A stretch of 64,000 nucleotides of DNA from Promethearchaeia archaeon (GTDB taxonomy: Archaea; Asgardarchaeota; Lokiarchaeia; Sigyniarchaeales; SOKP01): contig JAHQWK010000022.1 in the NCBI GenBank assembly GCA_029856145.1, positions 61,422 to 125,421 of the forward strand, in the 5' to 3' direction. The notes beneath the pieces are model-generated. The model made no database searches. It saw only the letters and a list, made by a program, of their open reading frames with translations, and was not told the DNA's origin. The number at the start of each line of letters is the position of its first letter. Positions within the stretch are counted from its first letter, which is position 1. This document shows positions 40,451 through 49,168 of this stretch, piece by piece. Position numbers and translations under genes: made by a program.

Positions 40451-40822
40451 TTACTCAGTACCTTCCAAGTCACTATTTAATGTCTCATAAATTTTATTAA
40501 TTCGTGAACCGATGGTTTCAAGAAGCTGATTTTTTTCTTCTAATTCGTTTTCTAATTGAGGTGAATTGGGGCTCCTTTGAGTAAACTCTGCTAGAGATTT
40601 ACTTGTACTTTCCCGTTTTAGATGGAACGGAATAAATTCTTTCAACGCCTTTAATATATGTGCGCGTAGTTTGATGATATTTTTGCCCAAATCGTTTATT
40701 GAAATCTTCCCGCTTCTTGCTTTCATAAGGGCTTTTTTGAGATCGTCTAGATTATCTTTATCAAACACGATCTTTTCTAAAATTTCTTCAATATCTATTT
40801 TATTTTGCATTTTTGTTCTCAC
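40451..40822 (-). CDS. Small alpha-helical hypothetical protein, last gene of five-gene operon
   Basis: 123-aa ORF overlapping the upstream stop by 4 nt; C-terminal coiled-coil pattern. Confidence 0.75.
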   Translation of the reverse strand: MRTKMQNKIDIEEILEKIVFDKDNLDDLKKALMKARSGKISINDLGKNIIKLRAHILKALKEFIPFHLKRESTSKSLAEFTQRSPNSPQLENELEEKNQLLETIGSRINKIYETLNSDLEGTE

Positions 40823-43800
40823 TCCTTATTAATAAAATATTGAATCTTACCGAAAAAAGTAGAAATAGATTGATACATTTCTTTTGCGAAAGGTTCTAAA
40901 TTAGGGTCTTCTAATTTGATAACCTGATATTGATCAATAAAGTCAATAAGTTTTTGTTTTGAGAACGGAAATCCTTCGGTTTCTCCTAATACGCCCAAAA
41001 AGAAATTGAAATCGTTTATTACTACAGATTCGACATTATAAAAATGTCTGTATACCCCCATCAGATAATTTTTAATTAACCCGTGCTGAATTTTTATCGC
41101 ATTTGAATAATCACCATTATCAATAAATCTATAAATTTTGAAAATATGAAAGTAAAGATCGCCGATTTCACGTGATAAGGCTTCTATTAAGTTTTCTTTT
41201 TGGATAACATATCGTCGAGTGTGTTTTGGAAAAATAGTAGCTAAATCCTCAGAATCCATACCTTCCCGTTCTAATACTTCCACTTGAAAATCTCTATTTG
41301 CTCCTCCTTTCACTTTATAATAATCTTCTAACGCTTCTTGGTATCGTGATCCTACCGAATACGATGTTCTTAAAGCTTCCCCGCCACCCGCTCTTCGTGG
41401 ATGATTTTCTACTAAATACTCGTGTTTGATAAGAGCCTCTAATACATTTTCTATAATTCTTTTTAGGTGTTGTTTATTTTGTGTCTTTTCCGAAATTGTG
41501 GGATATAAAGATTGTTTTAAGTATTTCTTTAGTTTATCCCTGTATAAATTTCCAATCTGATCAATTGTTAATATTTGATCCATAAATTTGATGATATCTT
41601 TCACATAAATATAATAATGCCCTAAATCTATTTCAAACAAGGACTCTCGTGCTTGCTCTAATATTTTCCGTTCAGAAACATGCAAATTAAATCCTTGAGT
41701 GTCCATAAATTTCACGATCTCTTCATAAGGGAGAGTTGACTTCTCTTGGATGTCTTTCCAATCTATTATAGCAGGAAAGGGTTGGTCAATATCATCCCTC
41801 CGAGTAATTATTGTATCGTGTTTCAAATTTTTCAAATAATTAATCTGGTGGGAGTGTTTTCTTTTTGAGGAGTAAATACCTATTCCTTCAAGTTCCTGTA
41901 AGTTTACTATATTCCGTAGCATAGCAATATCTCGGGTATCTGTTGCTCTCAAGGTCATATAATTGTTAAAATATAAAAGAGCATTTGCATGAAGGTAATG
42001 AATTTGATGTGCAGAAAAGATAAGTCCAAATTTTTTCTCTACAAATGGTTTTAGAAAAATGTCCACTTTATCGTAGTTTCTTCTCAAATCCAAGAAATAT
42101 GAATCAAAGATATTATCTATATAGGGTATATATAGAATTTTTTTGTAATATTCTTCGTGATGTTGTATATAATGTCCGATTTTAGAAAGGATTACAAATG
42201 TTACAAACATTTTCTTTTTGAGGTCTCGAAATACTGAAAGATCAATTATAACGGTTTTGTTATTTTTAACGAAATCACTTGCCCCAATACTGTCTTTCTG
42301 AATTGTCTGGAAATAAGTCATTTCATTGGGGGTAAAATCTGCAAATATCGTTAGGAGGAGATCATTTACTGGGGTTTTTTCCCATTCAGTTTGATTTTGG
42401 AGTGCCATTTGAATAGAACCTAAATCCATATCAGGATTTTTTTGTATCGTTTGTCGAAACATCTCCACTATACGCTCATCTCTTTTTAATGCCAGTCCAA
42501 ACGCATCATAGATATTTTCGAGATAATCTGCATTATGAGGGTCGTAAGGAATGTCTGATTTAATAGGATCAACAATAAACGAACTTCCGTACTTGAAATA
42601 TAAGATATCTTTTTTAAACTCTGTACCATCAAAATAGGGGAGAAGTCTAGACCACTCACCGGCAAAGTCAAATACAATAGAGGGAATCTTTGCTTTAATC
42701 AGCTCAGATATGATTTTCATAGAAATTAAATCTCGATGCTCAGAAGTGCCATTCATAATAAGTAAATTATGCAACTGTTCACGTGTAAAACCAAAAGCTA
42801 CTTCTGTTTCCAATACCTCGGTATTGAATGCATGACCAATAGTAATAAAGTTTTCCAGATACAAAGGCGTATTAAACTCGGCAGCAATTTCTATATGTAC
42901 GCCTTTTTTTAGAACATCTACAATTTCCGTAAGAGGATACATATATGCTCCTTGGAACATTACATAATTTAAATGAGTCCCATTAAGTCGATATAAGTTA
43001 TGTTTTAAGACAGAAAAGAGGTATCCAGAAATTAGCGTGCTTGTCCTCATCACCTCAATTTCATATGCCTGAAAATTAATATCAAATGCCCCTTGAAGCT
43101 CATCAATTTGGGATATAAGGTCTTCTTCCATCTCGCTGAAAACAGCATCATTAAGGGTATCTACAAACTTGTAGGAGTTCACCGACATAGTGAGCATAGT
43201 AAACCACATTCCATAACGCATTCCTAACCATCTTTCTTCTTGAATCTCTTTTTGAAACCGTGTCTTATAGAACCATTGCGGGGTCAAATATTTTTTCCCT
43301 CCATTATGGTAAAAATCATAAAAAGATAGTGGCTGATTTTTCAAAGTATAGCTAAAATTTACTTTATGATTATTCAGGCTTTCAATAAACTTTCCCAGCA
43401 AGCAGAAGGGTCTGTTATACACATGCTTCAGATTTACTAGTTTCATCCCAATAAGAAGTCGATTCTCTACATGGAAAAAGACACTATAAGGAAATTCTCT
43501 TACCCTGTAGAATTGGACATCAGCAAATGGTTTTGTAACGATAATATCATCTGTCTTTATGAGTTTTGATTTTGTAAACTGAAATAATAAGGATCTCCAC
43601 CATAATAAGGTTAATCCGACAATGAATACTAGATTTATACAAATAATATAGAAAATAAGCAGATTCATAAAAAAAAATAGAAATAAACTAAAATAGAATA
43701 CCAATCCAGCACATATACCGAATTTCCAAAAGATATGTGAATTATTTGAATTTAAAGCTTTTTTCTTGTTAATAGGTGTCTCGTAGGTGGCCACCTTTTC

Positions 43801-44622
43801 TTTAAGATAAAAAGTCCGTACGGCATTCATTAAGGCATTTCCAGAAAGTAAAACAGCTTGAAAGTGATGAAAATTACTTACAATATTACTTTTTAGAGTA
43901 TCGGAATATTTTCTGATAAAATACTGCATTTTATCAAGTTTATGGTTTGTAAGAATCCCTTTTTCTTCTTTAAACACCGAAAAATAAATAGTTGTGCCTC
44001 GTGAGTGGAGAGATTTAAGAACATTGTTTCGGGACGTGTCCTTGTTAAAGAGATGGATAACTGGTTTTTGCACGATTTGGTATGAGTATGACATACGTAT
44101 ATTTTTGGAAGCTAAAGCTTTTACAAACTGTACAATTGCAGGATGAATATTTTCAGCAATCACTTGTATTTGATAGATTCGCAAGGCAACATGAACTAAA
44201 TCTTTTTTATTGGACATAAATAATGTTGAGCTATCTTCGTTTTTATGCCAAAACACCATATCTTCGAACGGTGTAAAGGCAACTTTATTTCTAGAAAAAA
44301 ATCTAAAGAAATATCTTAATAAATAAATTTCATCATGAAATACTAAAATAAAGCCAATACAACTTATAACCCCAACGCCTATAGAACCGATAAGGTGTTT
44401 GGTGAATAGGTACATTGTAACAATAATACAGATGGTAATTATTAGAAGAACTATCACCTTAACAATGGAAAAATTATTTGAAATATCTTTATATGAGGGA
44501 TTAGCCTCCCAAATATTCAGATCCTCTCTTAGGTCTTCTTTCTCTTCTGTTTTGATAATCTTCCTTTTTATTTTTTTATTATACCCTTCATATTTTTCTA
44601 AATGATCATCAATCTCTACCAT
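40819..44622 (-). CDS. Membrane-anchored HerA/FtsK/VirB4-superfamily protein with degenerate Walker motifs
   Basis: Two [2TM + soluble domain] N-terminal units; FITIG...LHNLLIMNGTSEHRD...ELIKAKIPSIVFDFAGEWSRL, TVIIDLS and FGLIFSAHQ...NNYMTLRATDTRD follow the HerA/DUF87 pattern but lack GxxGxGK[ST] and DE. Confidence 0.75.
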   Translation of the reverse strand: MVEIDDHLEKYEGYNKKIKRKIIKTEEKEDLREDLNIWEANPSYKDISNNFSIVKVIVLLIITICIIVTMYLFTKHLIGSIGVGVISCIGFILVFHDEIYLLRYFFRFFSRNKVAFTPFEDMVFWHKNEDSSTLFMSNKKDLVHVALRIYQIQVIAENIHPAIVQFVKALASKNIRMSYSYQIVQKPVIHLFNKDTSRNNVLKSLHSRGTTIYFSVFKEEKGILTNHKLDKMQYFIRKYSDTLKSNIVSNFHHFQAVLLSGNALMNAVRTFYLKEKVATYETPINKKKALNSNNSHIFWKFGICAGLVFYFSLFLFFFMNLLIFYIICINLVFIVGLTLLWWRSLLFQFTKSKLIKTDDIIVTKPFADVQFYRVREFPYSVFFHVENRLLIGMKLVNLKHVYNRPFCLLGKFIESLNNHKVNFSYTLKNQPLSFYDFYHNGGKKYLTPQWFYKTRFQKEIQEERWLGMRYGMWFTMLTMSVNSYKFVDTLNDAVFSEMEEDLISQIDELQGAFDINFQAYEIEVMRTSTLISGYLFSVLKHNLYRLNGTHLNYVMFQGAYMYPLTEIVDVLKKGVHIEIAAEFNTPLYLENFITIGHAFNTEVLETEVAFGFTREQLHNLLIMNGTSEHRDLISMKIISELIKAKIPSIVFDFAGEWSRLLPYFDGTEFKKDILYFKYGSSFIVDPIKSDIPYDPHNADYLENIYDAFGLALKRDERIVEMFRQTIQKNPDMDLGSIQMALQNQTEWEKTPVNDLLLTIFADFTPNEMTYFQTIQKDSIGASDFVKNNKTVIIDLSVFRDLKKKMFVTFVILSKIGHYIQHHEEYYKKILYIPYIDNIFDSYFLDLRRNYDKVDIFLKPFVEKKFGLIFSAHQIHYLHANALLYFNNYMTLRATDTRDIAMLRNIVNLQELEGIGIYSSKRKHSHQINYLKNLKHDTIITRRDDIDQPFPAIIDWKDIQEKSTLPYEEIVKFMDTQGFNLHVSERKILEQARESLFEIDLGHYYIYVKDIIKFMDQILTIDQIGNLYRDKLKKYLKQSLYPTISEKTQNKQHLKRIIENVLEALIKHEYLVENHPRRAGGGEALRTSYSVGSRYQEALEDYYKVKGGANRDFQVEVLEREGMDSEDLATIFPKHTRRYVIQKENLIEALSREIGDLYFHIFKIYRFIDNGDYSNAIKIQHGLIKNYLMGVYRHFYNVESVVINDFNFFLGVLGETEGFPFSKQKLIDFIDQYQVIKLEDPNLEPFAKEMYQSISTFFGKIQYFINKE

Positions 44623-44626
44623 GATA

Positions 44627-45487
44627 TTAAGACCTCACTTTTCGAAATTGCTTGATATAGAAATATGTTAAAAGTACGGCACATCCAAAAAAGATGAGGA
44701 TCCATGAACTTAAATCATTTGAAAACATTGGAATAAGACTTAGTTCAATTAAGATTATTATCCCAAGTGATGAAAGTAATACAATTAATCCCAAAATGAA
44801 ATATCCAAAAATGGATTCAATCGAGCTCTGATAGTTAAGGTTGTCCTTAAGTGCCCCATGAATCGTTATTTTCCCTTTTTTATCATGGGTTATTGAATTT
44901 TTTATAGAACGTAAATGGATGGCAGTTTCTAATTTAGGTCCGTCTAACTCATACTGGAGATTTTTTCTCAGATTTGTTTCTTTTTCTACAATTTTCTGTA
45001 AGATTAATGGCTTAAGAGCGTCTGAATTTTTTTCTTTCCGTCTACTACTAGGTGATAAAAATGAAAAGGCGCCTAACTTAGAGGAGAGTAGAATGCTTTC
45101 ATGGTCCAAGCTTTTATGGAGGTTTGGTACCTCTAATTTTCTTAATTCATAGTAAATAGATAACATCTGTTTAATATGCTCTTGGGGAATATTACCCTTA
45201 CTCTTCAAAAAGAGAATTTCACATTCCCGTACCGTCTCAATATAGGAACCTCGATAAATAGGAACTTTTAGATTCTCCTCAAAAATCTCATTAATAAGTT
45301 CCATATATTCGAATATTTTTTCTCCTGAAGTTCTATTACGTGGTCGTACACCAAGATTGATCCCAATTTCATTTACTCTATTGCTCGTAAGAATAAAACT
45401 TACAACTGCTAGTTTCTTATAATTTTGAGTTTCTTTACATATATGAATTAGATTTTTTAACTTGGCATCAAGTAATTGATAACTCAT
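44627..45487 (-). CDS. Hypothetical protein with two C-terminal TM helices
   Basis: 286 aa, soluble N-terminal region, two hydrophobic segments at the C-terminus; ATGA overlap with the upstream gene. Confidence 0.8.
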   Translation of the reverse strand: MSYQLLDAKLKNLIHICKETQNYKKLAVVSFILTSNRVNEIGINLGVRPRNRTSGEKIFEYMELINEIFEENLKVPIYRGSYIETVRECEILFLKSKGNIPQEHIKQMLSIYYELRKLEVPNLHKSLDHESILLSSKLGAFSFLSPSSRRKEKNSDALKPLILQKIVEKETNLRKNLQYELDGPKLETAIHLRSIKNSITHDKKGKITIHGALKDNLNYQSSIESIFGYFILGLIVLLSSLGIIILIELSLIPMFSNDLSSWILIFFGCAVLLTYFYIKQFRKVRS

Positions 45488-46218
45488 TTTCTCCCCTCCA
45501 TGAATGTTGTTAGAATAGGATTTACCTCGTCTTCGGGCATACCTATATCCCGTTCTTGATTTAACTCCTCTTTTGCAATGTATTTATCTAAATCAAGAAA
45601 CTCTTGAGAATCTTGAATGGTTTTCTGGAGCATTTTCTCCGGAGCCCGTTCTTGCTGGATGAATGAACTTATAGTTTTATAGTAGAATGCGGAATATGGG
45701 AAAATAAGAGGAAATGAAATAAGTTGCAAAATGTATCCTGAACCAATTGAATATACACGGATAACTTCTAAATCATAATCTCTTATACTTAATAAAGGAA
45801 AATAAAGCTCATTGGGAACTAAATACATTACAGGGCAAACAATTACATAGTATCCTATAAGTAATAATAAAAATATATTGATATACGCATACTTGTTATA
45901 ATTTCTAATGGTCTTCGCTTGGTCGATGTTTTTAAACAAAATCACATATCCCGCAGCTAAAATGGCTATAATTAAGATTATATTTATCATGAACGGGATT
46001 GAGGCACTCTCAGGTTTCATGAGGGTATTTAAAGAAGAACTTGTGGAAAAGGGGGTTTGCCATGCGGTAAAAAAATAATAGCTCCAGGACACTAAAAGAT
46101 TATTTTCAAAATCATACATTTGAAATGAATACCATTCTAAGAAAATTGAGAAAAAAAGCATAATGAGTCCTATCAGGTTTACCAGTCGAAAAATATAGGT
46201 TGTTTTTTGTTCCATCAA
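45484..46218 (-). CDS. Four-TM membrane protein with acidic C-terminal tail
   Basis: Four hydrophobic segments, FLEWYSF after TM1, IGSGYIL before TM4; abuts the upstream stop. Confidence 0.8.
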   Translation of the reverse strand: MMEQKTTYIFRLVNLIGLIMLFFSIFLEWYSFQMYDFENNLLVSWSYYFFTAWQTPFSTSSSLNTLMKPESASIPFMINIILIIAILAAGYVILFKNIDQAKTIRNYNKYAYINIFLLLLIGYYVIVCPVMYLVPNELYFPLLSIRDYDLEVIRVYSIGSGYILQLISFPLIFPYSAFYYKTISSFIQQERAPEKMLQKTIQDSQEFLDLDKYIAKEELNQERDIGMPEDEVNPILTTFMEGRK

Positions 46219-48270
46219 TCAATCCTCCAAAAATGAGCTGTATTTATCTACATATTTATCTTTCACATTAGAAATCTCTTCTTTTTGAGTTTTTGAATAT
46301 TCTAAGGGTTCTGATTCCATTACGATATCCTGCTCAAAAATGTTAGATTCTTCAATTCTTCTATTTTGTACTCGTTCAGAAAGAAATTTTTCGGCATTCT
46401 CTTTTTCTAGTTTATCGATAAAATTGAACCCAGAATCTTTTCCTACACTCTCAAATATAAACTGATCCATCAATTTCGAGCTCAATTCCTCGTTTATGAG
46501 GATAAGAGTAGTCTCATCTAAGTTAAGTTTTTTCTGATAATAAGGGGTCGAAAACTCTTGGTGAAGTGCTGATTTTTGCTTAAAGAGTTTCAAATAAAGA
46601 TAGCTAATCATAACAATATAAAATGAAACAACCCCATATCCCAAATTGATTAATAATGGTAAAACTGAATATTCTTGGGAAAGTAATACAAATAATACTA
46701 CAATTCCATAAATCATAAATGGTGAGGAATAACTTCGCAGATCTTTCATAAACTTGTTAGTAGCTTCGCAATTTAAAACAACCGCATTTTTTTCTTCACT
46801 ATACGTTTCTATAAGAAAATATTTTTGATCAAGATACTGTAAAAGATCTGCAAATTTCGAGTGCTGTACTATATGAATATTTGAATTTTTTTGATACGCA
46901 AACGGAATAATTTTTTCTGTAAATCCTACGATGTTCTGACAGACCAATACTGGCTCAATCAAAATTTTATGTTGAAGTGGACCTGAACGGAAAAAAAGAT
47001 TTTTTCGTGTAAATGATTTTTCTAAAGAAATATTTGTTCCTAAATATCTTGAGAGGTATCTTAGCAAGGTACCTTCACTTACAATATCTGAATAGATCGA
47101 CAGCTTAACTTGTGAAAGTGCTTTTAAGTATGATTGAGGTAACCGATCCACCCGAAAACTTGTATCTTCAATTTTTTTAGTGGAATTATATTGAACACTC
47201 TCACTCGATATAATAAGAGAGCCTTTAAGAGTACATATTTTAATAGGTAAAATGTATATTAGATCTAAGAATTCTTTTACCCTTACATGTTTTATGGCTA
47301 AGAGATCGATTCCAGTAAATATTGCTCGTAATTTAGGGTGTTTTTCAATAATACCGAATCCAGATAATTTTAAGTCCTTGGTAATTCGCATTAGAGATTC
47401 TTTGATTTGGGCATGTGGTAAAACCTCTTGGGATGCTGTATTCCTTTCTTGTAAGGTAAGATTAGATTGTCGCAATAATTCTGGCGAAACTACTAAAGTA
47501 TTATTTTTTTCAGATCCTTCAACTAATAAAGGCTCATTTAATTTAATTTTTTTATCAGTATCATCATAATTTATTATTGATGATCCATCTTCATCAATTT
47601 CTTCATAATCTAACTCTTCAAAATTATTAATAGAACTTTCGTAGTTCTCTGAATCAATTTTTAAAGGCTCAGCTACAGGTGAAACTTCCTCTGGGGGATA
47701 CCATTTCTCAGTTTCAGGTTTTTCAAATTTTTTTTCAAACCATTTTTTAGGTTCTTCTCTTAAGTTTGATTCTCCACTATTTTCTAAATTTGCTCCAGAC
47801 TTATTTGCTTCTGGAAAATCGTTTAACTTTTTCATTTTCATATGCTCCTTGGCACTTGAAATATATTTTTGTGCTGTTGCGAGCCCTATACCATTTACCC
47901 TTGCTATCCTTTCTGGAGGTGATTGTGCTAATTCTGCTACTGTATGGACTCCTATTCCATAAAGCTTTTCAGCAACCTTTGGTCCGATACCTTTAACAAT
48001 GGTTATTGTTTCTTTTTTTATACTCGATAGTAATGAAGAATCTTGAGCTGAATTCATAGTATCTGCTTGCCCTTGAGAAATATTTGTGTTGAGGGAATCA
48101 AATTTATCAATCCATTCGCCACTATTTTGTAATTTGGCTTGCTTAAGACCATTTTTAGAAATTTTGAGGGCTTCATCTACATCATTTTCTTGATATGCCT
48201 CTTGGGCCAAATTATAATATGACTTCAAATCCGGTTTTTTTTGGAGAAGACTATTTTCCATATCCGTCAT
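46219..48270 (-). CDS. Membrane-anchored helix-hairpin-helix DNA-binding protein with a probable inactive PD-(D/E)xK-like domain
   Basis: VKGIGPKVAEKL...VNGIGLATAQKY HhH pair; acidic linker; LKLSGFGII...GIDLLAIK...ILPIK; two TM near the C-terminus; start set at ATG 48270 from TATA spacing (48261 or 48279 also possible). Confidence 0.8.
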   Translation of the reverse strand: MTDMENSLLQKKPDLKSYYNLAQEAYQENDVDEALKISKNGLKQAKLQNSGEWIDKFDSLNTNISQGQADTMNSAQDSSLLSSIKKETITIVKGIGPKVAEKLYGIGVHTVAELAQSPPERIARVNGIGLATAQKYISSAKEHMKMKKLNDFPEANKSGANLENSGESNLREEPKKWFEKKFEKPETEKWYPPEEVSPVAEPLKIDSENYESSINNFEELDYEEIDEDGSSIINYDDTDKKIKLNEPLLVEGSEKNNTLVVSPELLRQSNLTLQERNTASQEVLPHAQIKESLMRITKDLKLSGFGIIEKHPKLRAIFTGIDLLAIKHVRVKEFLDLIYILPIKICTLKGSLIISSESVQYNSTKKIEDTSFRVDRLPQSYLKALSQVKLSIYSDIVSEGTLLRYLSRYLGTNISLEKSFTRKNLFFRSGPLQHKILIEPVLVCQNIVGFTEKIIPFAYQKNSNIHIVQHSKFADLLQYLDQKYFLIETYSEEKNAVVLNCEATNKFMKDLRSYSSPFMIYGIVVLFVLLSQEYSVLPLLINLGYGVVSFYIVMISYLYLKLFKQKSALHQEFSTPYYQKKLNLDETTLILINEELSSKLMDQFIFESVGKDSGFNFIDKLEKENAEKFLSERVQNRRIEESNIFEQDIVMESEPLEYSKTQKEEISNVKDKYVDKYSSFLED

Positions 48271-48292
48271 GCGTATCATAAAAAGATAAAAT

Positions 48293-48315
48293 AAGTATAT
48301 ATAAAGAAAAAATGC
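48293..48315 (-). promoter_or_regulatory. T-tract/TATA promoter of the five-gene membrane operon
   Basis: GCATTTTTTC-TTTATATA-TACTT; TATA ends 28 nt before ATG 48270; near-identical to 37141-37164. Confidence 0.65.
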
Positions 48316-48429
48316 AAGCCCCCCCAAATTTATTATTTAGAAGGAATAACTATAAATGGATAAATAGCATATCTTAACTTAAATTGGCAGAAATTAGCAA
48401 ATTATAAGAAAATATTAATTACAAATTAT

Positions 48430-48552
48430 GATCCGCTCCCCCCTACACCCTGGATTTTTGTCTTTTGGTAGTGTAAATTCTTACACTCTGATTTCGCCCT
48501 CCTCCTTATAATTTGTTGACACTTTTTTGTGTCGGTGGGGAGGGAGCAGGTC
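48430..48552 (+). ncRNA. Candidate structured RNA or structured DNA element (multi-stem junction)
   Basis: 16-bp closing stem 48430-48446/48535-48552 (one bulge, one mismatch, two G-U); inner hairpins AGTGTAA-ATTC-TTACACT (48470-48487) and TGACAC-T6-GTGTCG (48517-48534); GC-rich in an AT-rich spacer. Confidence 0.5.
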
Positions 48553-48621
48553 ACCCTTTTAGAAATAACAAAGTTATGACATTATAACGTTTTATTATCG
48601 AATAAAGTAATTCCAAAGTAT

Positions 48622-48693
48622 AGATCCTATCTTATCTATTGGTTTTTGTCTTCTACCTTCTTTAATAAGACTCTATCTAAAAAGATAGGATCT
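48622..48693. repeat. Perfect 12-bp inverted repeat with inner 5-bp stem
   Basis: AGATCCTATCTT (48622-48633) / AAGATAGGATCT (48682-48693); inner GTCTT/AAGAC. Confidence 0.75.
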
Positions 48694-48717
48694 TTAACCC
48701 TTCTCTAAAATTTTGTA

Positions 48718-48737
48718 CCCTTTTTTTTCTTTAAATT
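48718..48737 (+). promoter_or_regulatory. T-tract/TATA promoter of the Zn-finger / helicase unit
   Basis: CCCTTTTTTTTCTTTAAAT, 19 nt identical to the minus-strand element at 37134-37116. Confidence 0.6.
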
Positions 48738-48812
48738 AGGTTATTTCATTTATTCTATACTAAGAAGAATGCGTGATGAAATATCGTAGTAGTTTTTGGA
48801 AAAATTAAGGAT

Positions 48813-49085
48813 GTGAAAGAAGTAAAACAGAAAGTCCAAAATATTATCTGTCCTATGTGTGGTGAAAAGATATCAATTGGGATAGAGCTTAATATTACAA
48901 GAAAAGGGAATACAGATATTTATTTTCCACATATTCACTTGCACGGTGATCCACTTCATGCTCTTATCTGCTATATTAATTCGGACTTAAAAATGAGAAA
49001 TATTGGTGTCATTAAAAGTATTGAGATTTCAAGAGATTCACAGACTTTTTCTCAACTTATGAAAAAATGGACAAATCCTTACTAA
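48813..49085 (+). CDS. Small putative zinc-binding protein
   Basis: ICPMCG ... HIHLHGDPLHALICYI; GTG start after AAGGA. Confidence 0.75.
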   Translation: MKEVKQKVQNIICPMCGEKISIGIELNITRKGNTDIYFPHIHLHGDPLHALICYINSDLKMRNIGVIKSIEISRDSQTFSQLMKKWTNPY

Positions 49086-49168
49086 TAATACTGAGGTGAA
49101 ACATAATAACTCTAACAGATTTTACAGATAAAGTCAGAGAGAAAGACTTAGAAGATTTAGAAAACGGG

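Noticed and set aside
40451-48270. Conjugative element or provirus
   Set aside because: No relaxase, integrase, capsid, terminase or att-like repeats were recognised. The ATPase motifs are dead and the neighbours are repair genes. Elements outside the window cannot be excluded.
48430-48552. 5S rRNA
   Set aside because: The size is similar, but the conserved CCGAAC / GAAGTTAAG loop motifs and helix layout are missing.
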